From the NCBI GenBank assembly GCA_964637185.1, contig CAZWVB010000001.1, forward strand, positions 1 to 61,311: 61,311 nucleotides of DNA, in the 5' to 3' direction. The translations under genes were made by a program, and so were the position numbers. Under the pieces are notes generated by a model, which was given only the letters and a program-made list of their open reading frames with translations, was not told the DNA's origin and searched no databases. Below are positions 33,967-44,258 of the stretch, in pieces; positions within the stretch are counted from its first letter, which is position 1; each line of letters opens with the position of its first letter. This stretch comes from an uncultured Candidatus Saccharibacteria bacterium (GTDB taxonomy: Bacteria; Patescibacteriota; Saccharimonadia; CAILAD01; BJGX01).

Positions 33967-34714
33967 TTGCATCCCAGTATACAACAGGATGTTCGGTTGA
34001 GCCATACTCTGGCGGCCAGTCCAACACTTCCCCTGATTGACCATCAATAGCGAAAATGGATGACCCATCATAATAGGCATTGAACCAATGGCCGGGCGCA
34101 TCATTTCGATCAATTCCAACCACACAATGACTTCCGGGCCCGGCCTCTATCAGCGCGCTCTGGATCTTCTCAGGGGTCGTGGCCTTCTGCTGACGCCCGG
34201 TGGCGTCCGCCATGCCCGCCACGGAAAGCGTCCCGATCCCTGCCGATGCCGACTCGTCACGCCCTGACAGGCGTTGGTACACCGCCAGCGCGCACTGGCC
34301 GCAGTTCTTCGATCTTGGATCGAATGGATCGGAGCTACCTCCAGCGTTGATCTCACCAAGCCACCCCTTGATGGCCCCGATTGTCTGGGCCCGGTGTCCT
34401 CCTGCGGAAGGCTCGGTCGTTGAGGTGGGCCCGCTCCCACTACCTCCGCCACCTACGATCCGTCCGACGAACTGCTTGGCTGCTTGTTGAGCGAGCTGGA
34501 GGGCTTGTGCGGCTTGTTCGCAGCGTTGGGCGGCGGTGTCGAGCTGTTGGTTGACTTGTTTGGGACGGGGATCAGCTGAGCCTGCCAAGACGGCGTTGGC
34601 TTGTGCCGCGGTCTGGCGGTTGCGTACGGCTTGAGCGGTGAGTTGCTGCACGACCGTCCCGATCTCTCCGGCGACGGCATCGACGTTGGCGGCGATGTCT
34701 TGGAGCTCGGACAT
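33959..34714 (-). CDS. Polymorphic toxin 2: WXG100-like N-terminus + papain-fold Tox-PL (deamidase-like) domain
   Basis: N-terminus nearly identical to toxin 1; NCGQC, GHWFNA, IDGQSG catalytic pattern. Confidence 0.8.
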   Translation of the reverse strand: MSELQDIAANVDAVAGEIGTVVQQLTAQAVRNRQTAAQANAVLAGSADPRPKQVNQQLDTAAQRCEQAAQALQLAQQAAKQFVGRIVGGGGSGSGPTSTTEPSAGGHRAQTIGAIKGWLGEINAGGSSDPFDPRSKNCGQCALAVYQRLSGRDESASAGIGTLSVAGMADATGRQQKATTPEKIQSALIEAGPGSHCVVGIDRNDAPGHWFNAYYDGSSIFAIDGQSGEVLDWPPEYGSTEHPVVYWDANV

Positions 34715-34776
34715 CGCCTCGCTCAGCCTCCGCCGCAGTTGCGGCTGACAAAGAGCTTGCCCGCGGACTCGGCAGC
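34456..34776. repeat. 321-bp diverged direct repeat, copy 2
   Basis: Aligns without gaps to 24955-25275. Confidence 0.9.
34723..34776 (-). pseudogene. 3' remnant of the WXG-like gene 25222-25494
   Basis: Encodes AAESAGKLFVSRNCGGG*, identical to that gene's C-terminus; upstream sequence is unrelated. Confidence 0.7.
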
Positions 34777-35060
34777 GTCGTTGACCACCCGGACCGCGCT
34801 ATCCGCTCCTCCCGCGAGCCTGGTCTCCACTGCACCAGTCTCGCGCGACGGACTCCGGGCGCCGCGTCCATCGTCTGCCAGTCGCACCACGCTCTGCCCG
34901 GCTCTTCCCAAATAGACGCCCATTTCCTATAATAGAGGGGTAACGAGACACCGCTATATCAACCGTTGAGAGCCTTCACCAGCCGGAATCTGCTTCTCAA
35001 CTCGCCACCCGCTTCGCCACCGAAGCCAACAAATCCGAGGATGCGCGAGAGCATTCGCTA

Positions 35061-36272
35061 TTGAATGAGGCTGGCCGCCGGGTCCAGCATAAGAACCTTG
35101 ACGGTGCGCAACGGCTGCTCGAAGCCGACGAGCAGTGGACACCAACCAGGCGGACTCTGGCAGTCGAAGCTCACCGTCTGCTCCAGGCTGAAGAAGGCCG
35201 CAAGCCGCTTGGGATCAACCAGGCTCTCGATGTGCTGACCTTCCAAGCCGACGACCTCGTCAAGCACGAGCGTCAACTCGGCGACGACACCGGTTTTCTG
35301 AAGAGTGCCCTGCAAGGCCGTGAGCTGATCACCCGAGCCCGCGAAGGCAGCGACAGCAGCTCTCTCCAGCCAGTACTGGCCTACGTCGAAGGCGTGCTGG
35401 CCACCAAGTCCCGCAACCTGGCCACGAGCGGAGGCGACATCGAGGATGTCAACCAGACCCGCGACGTGCGCAACGCCCTGGTTGGCGAGATCGAACGCCT
35501 GCATACCCGCGAAGCCCGCACTGAGCGAGCCGGCCGGACGATGGCACAGCATCAAGCCGAGACGGGCCAACAACTACGGGCGCTGTGGCGGCAGGCGGCG
35601 ATGCCCGCCAACGGTGAAGCCTTGCAGAGAATCGCTCAGCTGCCGGCGAACGAGCTGCGCCACCTACGCGGCGAACTGGATCGCATCCGGACAGACGCTC
35701 GTGAGCGACGACTTGACCGCGGCCAGCTGGCCCACGAACTAGAGAGTGCCCTCTCGCAGTCCTACGACGCCGAGAGCGTGCACCAACGCAACCGCGCGGC
35801 TGCCGAAGAGCGGGCGGAACGAGCGCGCGAGGTCATCGACCGGCACACCACCGCGCAGACCGAGCAGCAGCCTGAAACCGAAGAGAGTGCCCGCGACGCT
35901 TTCCGCAAGCGCGCGATGCTGTGGAACCAGATGGAACAGCGCTTCGGCGCGAACCTGTCTCAACCCGAGTTCGACCGTACCTTCGACGCAGCGGCCATGA
36001 AGCAGCTGCAAGAGCTGGCTGCCCGCTCGATCGACTACCTGACGCGCGACCTACGTCTGCTGGAGCAATCCCGCGGTGAGCGCACCGGCTACCTCGACCG
36101 CGTCAGTGTGATCCTCGGCGGCAGCGAGGTCCTGCGCCACCTCGTCTCCCGCACCGAAGGCAAGCCAGTCGAACGGCAGCAGTACGAGTCGATGCCCTAC
36201 TCCAGCTTCGCGCCGAAGTACCTCGGCATCGACGTGCCGCCCGACTATGGCCGCTACTTCGTGCAGGGCTGA
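35061..36272 (+). CDS. Helical/coiled-coil hypothetical protein (start uncertain)
   Basis: 403-aa ORF, R/E/A/L-rich, high-GC codon use. Confidence 0.65.
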   Translation: MNEAGRRVQHKNLDGAQRLLEADEQWTPTRRTLAVEAHRLLQAEEGRKPLGINQALDVLTFQADDLVKHERQLGDDTGFLKSALQGRELITRAREGSDSSSLQPVLAYVEGVLATKSRNLATSGGDIEDVNQTRDVRNALVGEIERLHTREARTERAGRTMAQHQAETGQQLRALWRQAAMPANGEALQRIAQLPANELRHLRGELDRIRTDARERRLDRGQLAHELESALSQSYDAESVHQRNRAAAEERAERAREVIDRHTTAQTEQQPETEESARDAFRKRAMLWNQMEQRFGANLSQPEFDRTFDAAAMKQLQELAARSIDYLTRDLRLLEQSRGERTGYLDRVSVILGGSEVLRHLVSRTEGKPVERQQYESMPYSSFAPKYLGIDVPPDYGRYFVQG

Positions 36273-36355
36273 CACTCTGAGCCAGCCCTGACGCGTATGC
36301 GTCGTTCGGTTTAGGATCGGGCTGCTTACTGGCGGATCCGACCCGGGTGATAGTC

Positions 36356-37645
36356 ATGGCACAAGACACCTTCGTTGACTACTACGAGCTGCTGGAAGTC
36401 GCGCCCGACGCGACGGTGGAAGAGATCACGACGGCGCTGCTGGCCGCTCGTCGGACTTGGACCCGTCGTCAGAGCCAGGCCGCCGACATCGCCCGCCGCC
36501 AGGCAGCCGAGCTGAGGGTGCGCCAACTCGATGAAGCCGACCAGGTGTTGCGCGACCCGACCCGGCGCGCTCAGTTCGACCAGTTCCGTGTGCATCGAGC
36601 CAGCCAACCTCCAGGCGCGAAGCCGCTGCGGCCAACCTACGTACCCGGCTCCGCACCGGCGCCAGTTCCCGGCCCACTGCCGCCACCGAACGCCCCTCCG
36701 CCACCGTTCGGGCAACCAATGCCCGGTCCGCCTCCGCCGCCGCCGGCGCGACTCGGACTGGTGACCGAGGTCATCTACAACAACCCGATCCAATACCCCA
36801 CGCCGTTCCGGCCATTGCTCGGTCCACGCGGCGAGCCGCTCATGCAGGACGCAGAGCAGCCCCTGTCGGGTCTTGGCGGTGGGGTGTTCGTTGGCTACAT
36901 GCCCTGGGACGGCGCACCAGTGCAGATCGTCGCCGACGTAGCCGGCATCTCACACATCACGTTCACCGATCGACGCGTCATCTACCTCGGCTTCAACTAC
37001 GTCATGCCGCAGCAGGCCCGACAGTACGGCCGCAACGCCGAGACCCTCACCGGATCGCTCGTGGGCTTGGGAGCGAGTTTCGCCGCCCAGAAACGAGCCG
37101 AGGGTCGAGCCGCTCGCCAAGTCATGGGCAAAGCTCTCGGCGGCCAGATCCCGTATGAGTACCTGCTCAACGTCAGCATCATTCCGATCCAAACCGACGT
37201 GGGTGTGACCGGCATCCTGCGCCTCATCCTCGGCTGCGGCGAATCTACCTATCTCATTGGCATCGACGTCGCCAACCAGTCGCTTGATCAGCTAAGGGCC
37301 ACCGCGCAGTGGCTGATGCAAACGATTCTGCATCATCGCCTGCGGGAGTTCAGCGAGCTGCTTCTGCCCAGCGAGATCGACGAGATCCAGTTGGCGCTCA
37401 GCAATCCGCAGCCTGTCTACTCACCGGACGGCCAGCTCGACTGGGAGCTACCTCGCGGTCTCGATGGACAAGAGGTTCTCGGGGATGGAAGGCCACCTCC
37501 GCCAACGGATGTGCGCCCGTTGTTGCCGGCGCACATGCGACCTCCACCACCAGCCGGCGCAGCCCAGCACGTCGGAGGGCCTTCAGTGCAGGCCCCGAAG
37601 CCGACCACGGCCGCACTCCGTTCGCAGCAACCGCCGCCAAGCTGA
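36356..37645 (+). CDS. J-domain-like (no HPD) protein 3 with Pro-rich linkers and central globular domain
   Basis: FVDYYELLEVAPDATVEEI...LDEADQVLRDPTRRAQFD. Confidence 0.8.
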   Translation: MAQDTFVDYYELLEVAPDATVEEITTALLAARRTWTRRQSQAADIARRQAAELRVRQLDEADQVLRDPTRRAQFDQFRVHRASQPPGAKPLRPTYVPGSAPAPVPGPLPPPNAPPPPFGQPMPGPPPPPPARLGLVTEVIYNNPIQYPTPFRPLLGPRGEPLMQDAEQPLSGLGGGVFVGYMPWDGAPVQIVADVAGISHITFTDRRVIYLGFNYVMPQQARQYGRNAETLTGSLVGLGASFAAQKRAEGRAARQVMGKALGGQIPYEYLLNVSIIPIQTDVGVTGILRLILGCGESTYLIGIDVANQSLDQLRATAQWLMQTILHHRLREFSELLLPSEIDEIQLALSNPQPVYSPDGQLDWELPRGLDGQEVLGDGRPPPPTDVRPLLPAHMRPPPPAGAAQHVGGPSVQAPKPTTAALRSQQPPPS

Positions 37646-37734
37646 TGCGCGGCTGCCTGCGAGCGCTGTTGACGTTCATCCTGATCGGCAGCATCTGCAT
37701 GGTCATCGTCGTGCTCATCGGTCGGCCCCGATGA
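37645..37734 (+). CDS. 29-aa hydrophobic peptide, or a frameshifted TM tail of J-protein 3
   Basis: MRGCLRALLTFILIGSICMVIVVLIGRPR; TGATG and ATGA coupling. Confidence 0.4.
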   Translation: MRGCLRALLTFILIGSICMVIVVLIGRPR

Positions 37735-38324
37735 GCGAACCAGAAGCTGGCTTGCGCAACCGGTGGAGAGGACTGAGCCAGACTGCCCGTGGCTCCAGCT
37801 TCATCGCGGTGGGAACCTTGTTGCTGATCGCCGGTGTCATCACGTCCCTGAGCCTCAGCCCAAGCAGGTCGTCGACCAATGTGTACGCCTCGGGAGCGGG
37901 TTCGGCTGCGACTTCGACCATCACATCGACAACGAGTGCCTACAGGTCTAGCTCGACGGCATCGACGAGTACGGCTTCGACCGTAAGGCTGACCACCACC
38001 AGCCAACTCATCACCACAACGACACAGCTTGTCAGCGACCCGTCGGACTTGGCCTCGGGCTGGGTGGCCCGCCTGGGTTCGAGCCAACCGGGCGTGCCAC
38101 GGGAGGTATCCGACATCACGAATCTGCTCACGCAAGTCCGGGCGCGGTACCCGAACGCCGCGGTGTATCTGACCGATGCGCTCGGTGGCCGATCGACACT
38201 TCGCCCGGGCTACCTGGTGCTGCTCGTCGGCAGCTATCCCGACCGCAGCAGCGCCGTGGCTGTATGCGCCCAGCTTTCGAGCTCGCTGAAGCCGTACGGC
38301 TGCGACGTCGACTACATCAGCTGA
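37731..38324 (+). CDS. Single-TM protein with S/T linker and small extracellular (SPOR-like?) domain
   Basis: N-terminal TM similar to 20894-22834; poly-S/T; two Cys near the C-terminus. Confidence 0.65.
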   Translation: MSEPEAGLRNRWRGLSQTARGSSFIAVGTLLLIAGVITSLSLSPSRSSTNVYASGAGSAATSTITSTTSAYRSSSTASTSTASTVRLTTTSQLITTTTQLVSDPSDLASGWVARLGSSQPGVPREVSDITNLLTQVRARYPNAAVYLTDALGGRSTLRPGYLVLLVGSYPDRSSAVAVCAQLSSSLKPYGCDVDYIS

Positions 38325-38367
38325 ACATCGCGATGCTTAGGAATGCCCCATACCAGTTGTCGTCGCG

Positions 38368-38661
38368 TCACAGCTCGTCGCGGTACGCGGTCACGCTCCC
38401 AACGGCGCCATCGAGTGAGCTGGCCGCCATGCGCAGGGACTCAGCGGCAGCCGTCAGTTGGGCGACCAACCTGATGTCAAGACCGTTGGACGCGCCTCCA
38501 AGGAGACAGTCGATGGCATCGGCAAGCGCTACTGCCTCGCTCTCCATCTGAGTGGCTTGCGACTGGATGCGTTCAGCCCGGCCAGCAACATCAGTGAGCT
38601 GCCTTCGCAGTCGATTGATGGCGGCTCGCGGGTCGCCAGTGCCGCCGGTGACGTCGACCAT
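38368..38661 (-). CDS. WXG100-like helical hairpin protein (orphan)
   Basis: LLGGASNGLDIRLVAQL aligns with AIGGSAQNVDKEIIATL of 25522-25782. Confidence 0.55.
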   Translation of the reverse strand: MVDVTGGTGDPRAAINRLRRQLTDVAGRAERIQSQATQMESEAVALADAIDCLLGGASNGLDIRLVAQLTAAAESLRMAASSLDGAVGSVTAYRDEL

Positions 38662-38764
38662 CGGCCGAAGCTACTACGCCCCGACAATGAGATGACTTCA
38701 CACGACAGGTTCGGAACCGGGTCGTCAAACGGGCAGGTCGGAGCGGTTTGAAAGAAGTCCGATC

Positions 38765-38775
38765 AGCTCCACCAG
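38765..38775 (+). repeat. attR core AGCTCCACCAG
   Basis: Identical to 9919-9929; GC drops immediately after. Confidence 0.9.
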
Positions 38776-38785
38776 TTATCATATT

Positions 38786-38808
38786 CCAGCCGCTTGCGGC
38801 TGGTTTTT
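38786..38808 (+). terminator. Intrinsic terminator, probably the tRNA's original one displaced by integration
   Basis: CCAGCCG-CTTG-CGGCTGG-TTTTT beginning 11 nt after attR. Confidence 0.8.
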
Positions 38809-38823
38809 GTTTATAATGTAGCT

Positions 38824-39534
38824 ATGGCAAACCAATTTAGTATTTCAGACTCTGACCAAAAGCTAATCGAATCGATATGCGAGAAGGTAAAAGCCAAGCG
38901 CGATGAGATGGACACGCGGATCATTAGTTTTGATGAGTTGTATGGCCTACTTACCGCAGCTGAAGCCAACTTGATAAAGCGTTTTCTTAAGATAGATCCA
39001 CACGAATATGGCTTCAAGGGCAAGTATCTTGGTGTGGCTGAGGTACCAAAGGATTTGGTGGCTATTCGAGGGCAGACCTATTTGGATGTGAGTGAGACCA
39101 AGAAGATTGGACCGCAATTCTTACCACGTCCAGTCTACGATGCTTATACACGTATGAACACTGCTATGCAGGCTGACATTGGCGATCGGGTGTTGGTCAA
39201 TTCTGGCTACCGCTCGCCTGCGTATCAGATAGTCAATCTGCTGGCTATCTTGCGTGACTATGATTTTGATTTGGCCACAACTCTTAGCCGGGTAGCAATG
39301 CCGGGCTACAGCCAGCACGGCTATCCACCGTCTCAGGCGATGGATGTGATGCCTACCAAGCTAGCAGCAGGCTATGCCGACGATCTAGAGTCTTTTACAC
39401 GTACTCCGCAATACAAATGGCTCAAGCAGCATGCGGCAGAGTACGGATTCTACGAATCATACCCCAAAGACAACGATAAAGGTATGATCTACGAGCCCTG
39501 GCACTGGCAATATTTACCAGATAAGAACAGCTGA
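38824..39534 (+). CDS. D-alanyl-D-alanine carboxypeptidase (VanY/M15B-like)
   Basis: SGYRSPAYQ, AMPGYSQHG, AMDV, YEPWHWQY. Confidence 0.88.
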   Translation: MANQFSISDSDQKLIESICEKVKAKRDEMDTRIISFDELYGLLTAAEANLIKRFLKIDPHEYGFKGKYLGVAEVPKDLVAIRGQTYLDVSETKKIGPQFLPRPVYDAYTRMNTAMQADIGDRVLVNSGYRSPAYQIVNLLAILRDYDFDLATTLSRVAMPGYSQHGYPPSQAMDVMPTKLAAGYADDLESFTRTPQYKWLKQHAAEYGFYESYPKDNDKGMIYEPWHWQYLPDKNS

Positions 39535-39569
39535 CAGCAGCAAAGAAGTTATGCTACACTAGTAGCATT

Positions 39570-40907
39570 ATGGCAAATGGTCCCGAAACAAGAGGTACTG
39601 CTTCCCGAGAGGTACATAAGTCCTCGGCTGATACTGAGAAATTGAATAACTTGCGAGAGACAGCCAGGGCCAATCGGGCAGGGGCTGCAGAATCGCGTCA
39701 TCAGAGACCAGATCCAGAGGCACGTGCACACGCCGCCAAATCGGAAGTCAACGCGGGTGCACGCAAGATGGCTGGCGAGGCCAAGTTCAAGGCCTTTCAT
39801 GAGGGCTCTATAGTAGAGCGTTCCGAGCGGGCCAATCGCACCAAAGCAATGCTCATGGATATGCGCGCTGGTCGTGAGAGGTTTCAGGCCAAAAAAGCTC
39901 AAGATAGTAGGTCAAATATTAATCCCGAAGTTGCAGCTCGTATAAATGCTGCAAGGCCAGCTATGGAACAAGCCTTGGCTCAAGAGCGTGCTGCACAGCC
40001 ACTTCCCAAACGTGAATCCAAGCTTAATCAAGAGGCGGGCCAACCAACCGCCCAGGCCGAGGCTCAGCAAACCGTCAATCAGACTGAGGCAGCTGGCGAG
40101 GCCCAATCCCAAGCTGCTGAAGCCCAGTCTACTACAGGTAGTCGAACAGAGAAGCGCCTGGTCAATCAGCAAGCTGAAAAAGAACATTTGAAAAAGGAAA
40201 AAGCCGATAAAGAGCGAGAAGCCAAGGCTGAGCAGGAAAAGGTTAAAGAAAAGTTTAATAAACTCATCAAAAACATCCAAGAAAACGCAAAACAGGAACT
40301 TGAGCTACTCGATGGGCAGGCTGAAATGATAAAAAATCAGCTTGAGAATAACAACTTTTACAATGTCTTAAAGAATCATAAGCTTAAGGGAGAACTTAAA
40401 GGTGTTACTAAAGAAGGCGAAGATCTCAAGAAGGACACAAAAGAGAGAGTATCCAGGCTAGAAAAGAAACGCGATGAGCGCCTGGCGGCAATGAAGTCGG
40501 CAGCTGAAAAAGTATCGGCCGATTATAACAAGTTGATCGGCAAGATGGAGAGTCAAATAGCGCGTTCTGAAGCAATGATACGAGCTAGCCAGAGGGCAAC
40601 TATCATACGTGAAGGCTTGCGCGGAGTAGGTAACTTGCTAGGGCGTGCGGCTCGGGGTATTGGTCGTGGCGTGGAGGCTGGCGCTCGACTGGCAGGCCGA
40701 GGTATTAACGCAGTTGGTAATGCAGCTGGTAATTTTGCTGGTAATGTTGTTAGCGGCTACCAGGCTGGCCGAGCTGAGGCTGGCAATAATTCAACAACAA
40801 CCAATGCCGAGACACCGGACAACGTGGTATCGCTTGATGAAGCTAGACGTGTGCGCGAGGCTAGACAAAACACTGAACGACAAGCGCCTGGTCCAGCTGC
40901 AGCATAA
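39570..40907 (+). CDS. Charged coiled-coil hypothetical protein
   Basis: 445 aa, E/K/A/R-rich, Gly-rich amphipathic C-terminal segment. Confidence 0.7.
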   Translation: MANGPETRGTASREVHKSSADTEKLNNLRETARANRAGAAESRHQRPDPEARAHAAKSEVNAGARKMAGEAKFKAFHEGSIVERSERANRTKAMLMDMRAGRERFQAKKAQDSRSNINPEVAARINAARPAMEQALAQERAAQPLPKRESKLNQEAGQPTAQAEAQQTVNQTEAAGEAQSQAAEAQSTTGSRTEKRLVNQQAEKEHLKKEKADKEREAKAEQEKVKEKFNKLIKNIQENAKQELELLDGQAEMIKNQLENNNFYNVLKNHKLKGELKGVTKEGEDLKKDTKERVSRLEKKRDERLAAMKSAAEKVSADYNKLIGKMESQIARSEAMIRASQRATIIREGLRGVGNLLGRAARGIGRGVEAGARLAGRGINAVGNAAGNFAGNVVSGYQAGRAEAGNNSTTTNAETPDNVVSLDEARRVREARQNTERQAPGPAAA

Positions 40908-40937
40908 GATGTATAATGGCACTAATATGGAGGGACA

Positions 40938-41453
40938 ATGGATCCAGTAGTAATACAACAACTAGTCGATGAGATGGGCCTCAGTGGACTTGATACTGAG
41001 CAGCGCGAACAACTGATGGTGAGCTTGGGTGACTTGCTAGAGACTCGCATCAGCGAAGTACTGGCCAATCGCATGGAAGACGCACAGTTTGCTGAGTTTG
41101 AGAAATTGGTACAAGCCGGTGATGCCAACGCAGTACTTAACTATATCCGTATGATTGTGCCTGACTATGATCAACTGCTGCGAGCAGAGATGGACAAAAT
41201 CAAATCCGAGTTTGGTGCGGAAGCCGCTGAGCTGGCTGCTAGTATGGACGAATATCGCCAAGCCGCGACCGAACTAGCTCAGGCAGAAGAACAAATAGCG
41301 ATTGCCAACCAACCGGCCGCGGCGCCCGCTACTGCCGCACCTTCTGGGGCAGCAGCAGAATCCTTTGCGACTGGCCCAATTCAACAAAATGCTGTTCCAG
41401 CAACCCCACCCTCTCCAGTTGTCAATCCCATACCTCCCAACGATTTTGTTTAG
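40938..41453 (+). CDS. DUF5663-like CPR hypothetical protein
   Basis: LVDEMGLSGLDTEQREQL...LETRISEVLANRMEDAQFAEFEKL. Confidence 0.6.
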   Translation: MDPVVIQQLVDEMGLSGLDTEQREQLMVSLGDLLETRISEVLANRMEDAQFAEFEKLVQAGDANAVLNYIRMIVPDYDQLLRAEMDKIKSEFGAEAAELAASMDEYRQAATELAQAEEQIAIANQPAAAPATAAPSGAAAESFATGPIQQNAVPATPPSPVVNPIPPNDFV

Positions 41454-41463
41454 GTAGCTGAAT

Positions 41464-44226
41464 ATGTCCAAGACTACCAAGAATAGTGCTAAGCCTATGG
41501 CTTGGCATGCGCTTAGTACCCAGCAAGTTCTTCAATCCTTGCATACACGACTGGACGGTCTCAGCTCGGCTGAGGCTAAGTTGAGGACCGCCAAATACGG
41601 CGCCAACAAGGTCAAACGTACGCATCACTTTGACGCACTGAAGATATTGCTGCGCCAATTTGCTGATTTGCTGATAATCTTGTTAATCGCCAGCGTCATC
41701 ATCAGCTATTATCTGGGTGACAAAGAGACAACAGTTGTGCTGTTGCTGATTATCATAATCGATCTTATCATCGGCTTCTCACAGGAGTACAAGGCCGATC
41801 GAGTGATGAAGAGCTTGCAAAATCTTTTGACGCCGGAAGCCAAAGTGATTCGTGATGGTGAGGCTGCGGAGATAGAGGCTGAAGAGTTGGTGCCTGGCGA
41901 CATAGTTCGACTTGAGGCCGGTGATAGTGTGCCGGCCGACATACGACTACTTAAGATAGATGAGCTATCAACCAATGATTATGCCCTGACGGGCGAATCC
42001 ACACCTAGCCATTGTCAGATCGATGAGTTGGCAGAAAAAACATCACTGGCAGACAGGAATAATATGGCCTATATGGGTACCAATATTGCCAACGGCGTCG
42101 GCGTGGGCGTGGTCGTGGCCACAGGTATGCAAACCGAACTCGGCACCATTGCCCAGCTTAGCCAGGAATCACATACCGATCCTACACCGCTCCAGAAAGA
42201 AATTGCTTTTGTGGCCAAAAGAGTCACACAAGCTACACTTATTCTGGTTGCCATCCTTGTACCAATTAGTTTGCGAGCCAACCTCGGGGTGCGGGCAAGT
42301 TTTGCATTTGCAATCGGCATAGCGGCGGCCATGATACCGCAGGGACTGGCGGCAGAGGTCAATGTCGCCTTAGCACAGGCAGCCAACAAAATGGCCAAGG
42401 CTAGAGCCTTGGTCAAGCGTTTGCCAGCAGTCGAAACGCTTGGGGCGACCCAGATAATATGCACCGATAAGACTGGTACGCTGACCAAGAACGAAATGAC
42501 GGTAACTAGTTTTTATACTATGGACGGAATTTTTCATGTAGAGGGTATTGGCTTTGCGCCCCAGGGTACAATTTTGGACCCGCAAGGCCATGCTCTCAAA
42601 CATAGTGAGATGACTGAGTTAACAGAGATGATGCGCTGTTGTTTGTTGGCCAACAACGCTAGCATCCATGAGCCAGATCACGAGCATGCTACTTGGTACA
42701 GTGTGGGTGATCCGACCGAAGCAGCGCTTACCACTTTGGCTTACAAAACCCATATGTTTGACAAAAAAGAATCGCTTGGCGAGCGCCTGCACGAGTTCTC
42801 ATTTGACTCAGAGCGCAAAAGAATGAGTGTGGTAGTCTCACTCAATCGAGAAAACATAGTTTATACCAAAGGATCGCCAGAAAGCATCTTGGATCGTTGC
42901 AAATTTGTGTATGAAAACGGCCGGCCGGTACGAATTCATCCAAGCGACAAGAAAAACATCATGAGCTATGTGTCTACCATGTCTGATCAGGCCATGCGCA
43001 ATCTTGCGCTGGCCTACCGACTGGTCGATCGCGAAGTGCCAACCCATGCCACCCAGGCTGAATGCGATCTAGTTTTTTTGGGGGTAGTATCGATGATCGA
43101 TCCACCACGTGAGGAAGTTGCTGAGGCCATGTTGGCGGCCAAAAATGCCCATATGAAGGTAACTGTGATTACTGGTGATGAGGCCAAAACAGCTGCCGCT
43201 ATTGCGCAGCGGATTGGTTTTGGCGACGGCGCAGATATTAGATTGATTGAAAACCACGAGCTGTCCAAAATGAAAGATCCTGAAGTTGTACGCACCATAG
43301 TCGATAGACCCACCATATTTGCACGGGTTTCGCCAATTGATAAGTTGCGTATTATCAATCTACTCAAGAAATCACACTATATCATTGCGGTTACTGGTGA
43401 TGGCATCAATGACGCGCCAGCACTAAAGCGTGCCGATATAGGTGTGGCTATGGGTAGGGTCGGTAGTGATGTAGCCAAAGAATCTTCCGAAATTGTATTG
43501 CTCGACGACAGTTTTCATACTTTGGTTGGGGCGATTGAACAGGGCAGGGTAATATTTCAAAACATCAAAAAAGCTACTTTGTCGTGTTTGACATCCAACA
43601 TCGGTGAGCTAGTGATTGTGCTGGTAAGTTTGGCAGCTGCGTCACTACTACACGTACCGATCGCTATATCGGTGATCCAGATACTGGCTATCGACCTTAT
43701 GGCCGAGCTGTTTCCAATAGCCGCATTAGGTTGGGACCCGCCGACAAGCAATATAATGCAGCAAGAACCACGCGATATCAAAGATCATATCTTGGATACG
43801 CGTGCTATTTTGGATCTACTGGGCGGTGGCTTGGTAATAGGCGGGCTAGCCTATATCAATTTCCTACTAGTATTTGCGTTTGCACATCAGCCAGTTAGCT
43901 TGAGCAACCCGCTACTGTATGCACAAGCTACCACTGTGGCATATCTTACTATTGTACTGTGTCAGTATGTTACAGTATTTTCTCGTCGCACGGCACATGG
44001 TGAATCATTGTTTGGTAAATACGCATTTAGCAATCCCTATCTGTGGGGCGCTATCTGCCTAAGCTTCGCCTGCGTACTCGCTATAGTCTACATACCAGCT
44101 CTGGCTCACTATATCGGTAATGGACCAGTGACCTTAGTGCAGTGGCTACCGGTGGTAGTAGCCGCAGCTATTTATATGGCGGCACGCGAAATCATCAAAG
44201 TCCGTTGGCAGCTTACAGCCTCGTAA
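41464..44226 (+). CDS. Cation-transporting P-type ATPase (type II)
   Basis: TGES, IPQGL, ICTDKTGT, KGSPE, VITGD, TGDGINDAPAL. Confidence 0.95.
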   Translation: MSKTTKNSAKPMAWHALSTQQVLQSLHTRLDGLSSAEAKLRTAKYGANKVKRTHHFDALKILLRQFADLLIILLIASVIISYYLGDKETTVVLLLIIIIDLIIGFSQEYKADRVMKSLQNLLTPEAKVIRDGEAAEIEAEELVPGDIVRLEAGDSVPADIRLLKIDELSTNDYALTGESTPSHCQIDELAEKTSLADRNNMAYMGTNIANGVGVGVVVATGMQTELGTIAQLSQESHTDPTPLQKEIAFVAKRVTQATLILVAILVPISLRANLGVRASFAFAIGIAAAMIPQGLAAEVNVALAQAANKMAKARALVKRLPAVETLGATQIICTDKTGTLTKNEMTVTSFYTMDGIFHVEGIGFAPQGTILDPQGHALKHSEMTELTEMMRCCLLANNASIHEPDHEHATWYSVGDPTEAALTTLAYKTHMFDKKESLGERLHEFSFDSERKRMSVVVSLNRENIVYTKGSPESILDRCKFVYENGRPVRIHPSDKKNIMSYVSTMSDQAMRNLALAYRLVDREVPTHATQAECDLVFLGVVSMIDPPREEVAEAMLAAKNAHMKVTVITGDEAKTAAAIAQRIGFGDGADIRLIENHELSKMKDPEVVRTIVDRPTIFARVSPIDKLRIINLLKKSHYIIAVTGDGINDAPALKRADIGVAMGRVGSDVAKESSEIVLLDDSFHTLVGAIEQGRVIFQNIKKATLSCLTSNIGELVIVLVSLAAASLLHVPIAISVIQILAIDLMAELFPIAALGWDPPTSNIMQQEPRDIKDHILDTRAILDLLGGGLVIGGLAYINFLLVFAFAHQPVSLSNPLLYAQATTVAYLTIVLCQYVTVFSRRTAHGESLFGKYAFSNPYLWGAICLSFACVLAIVYIPALAHYIGNGPVTLVQWLPVVVAAAIYMAAREIIKVRWQLTAS

Positions 44227-44258
44227 TAACAGGAGTGAAAATGCTATAATTGAGGTTC

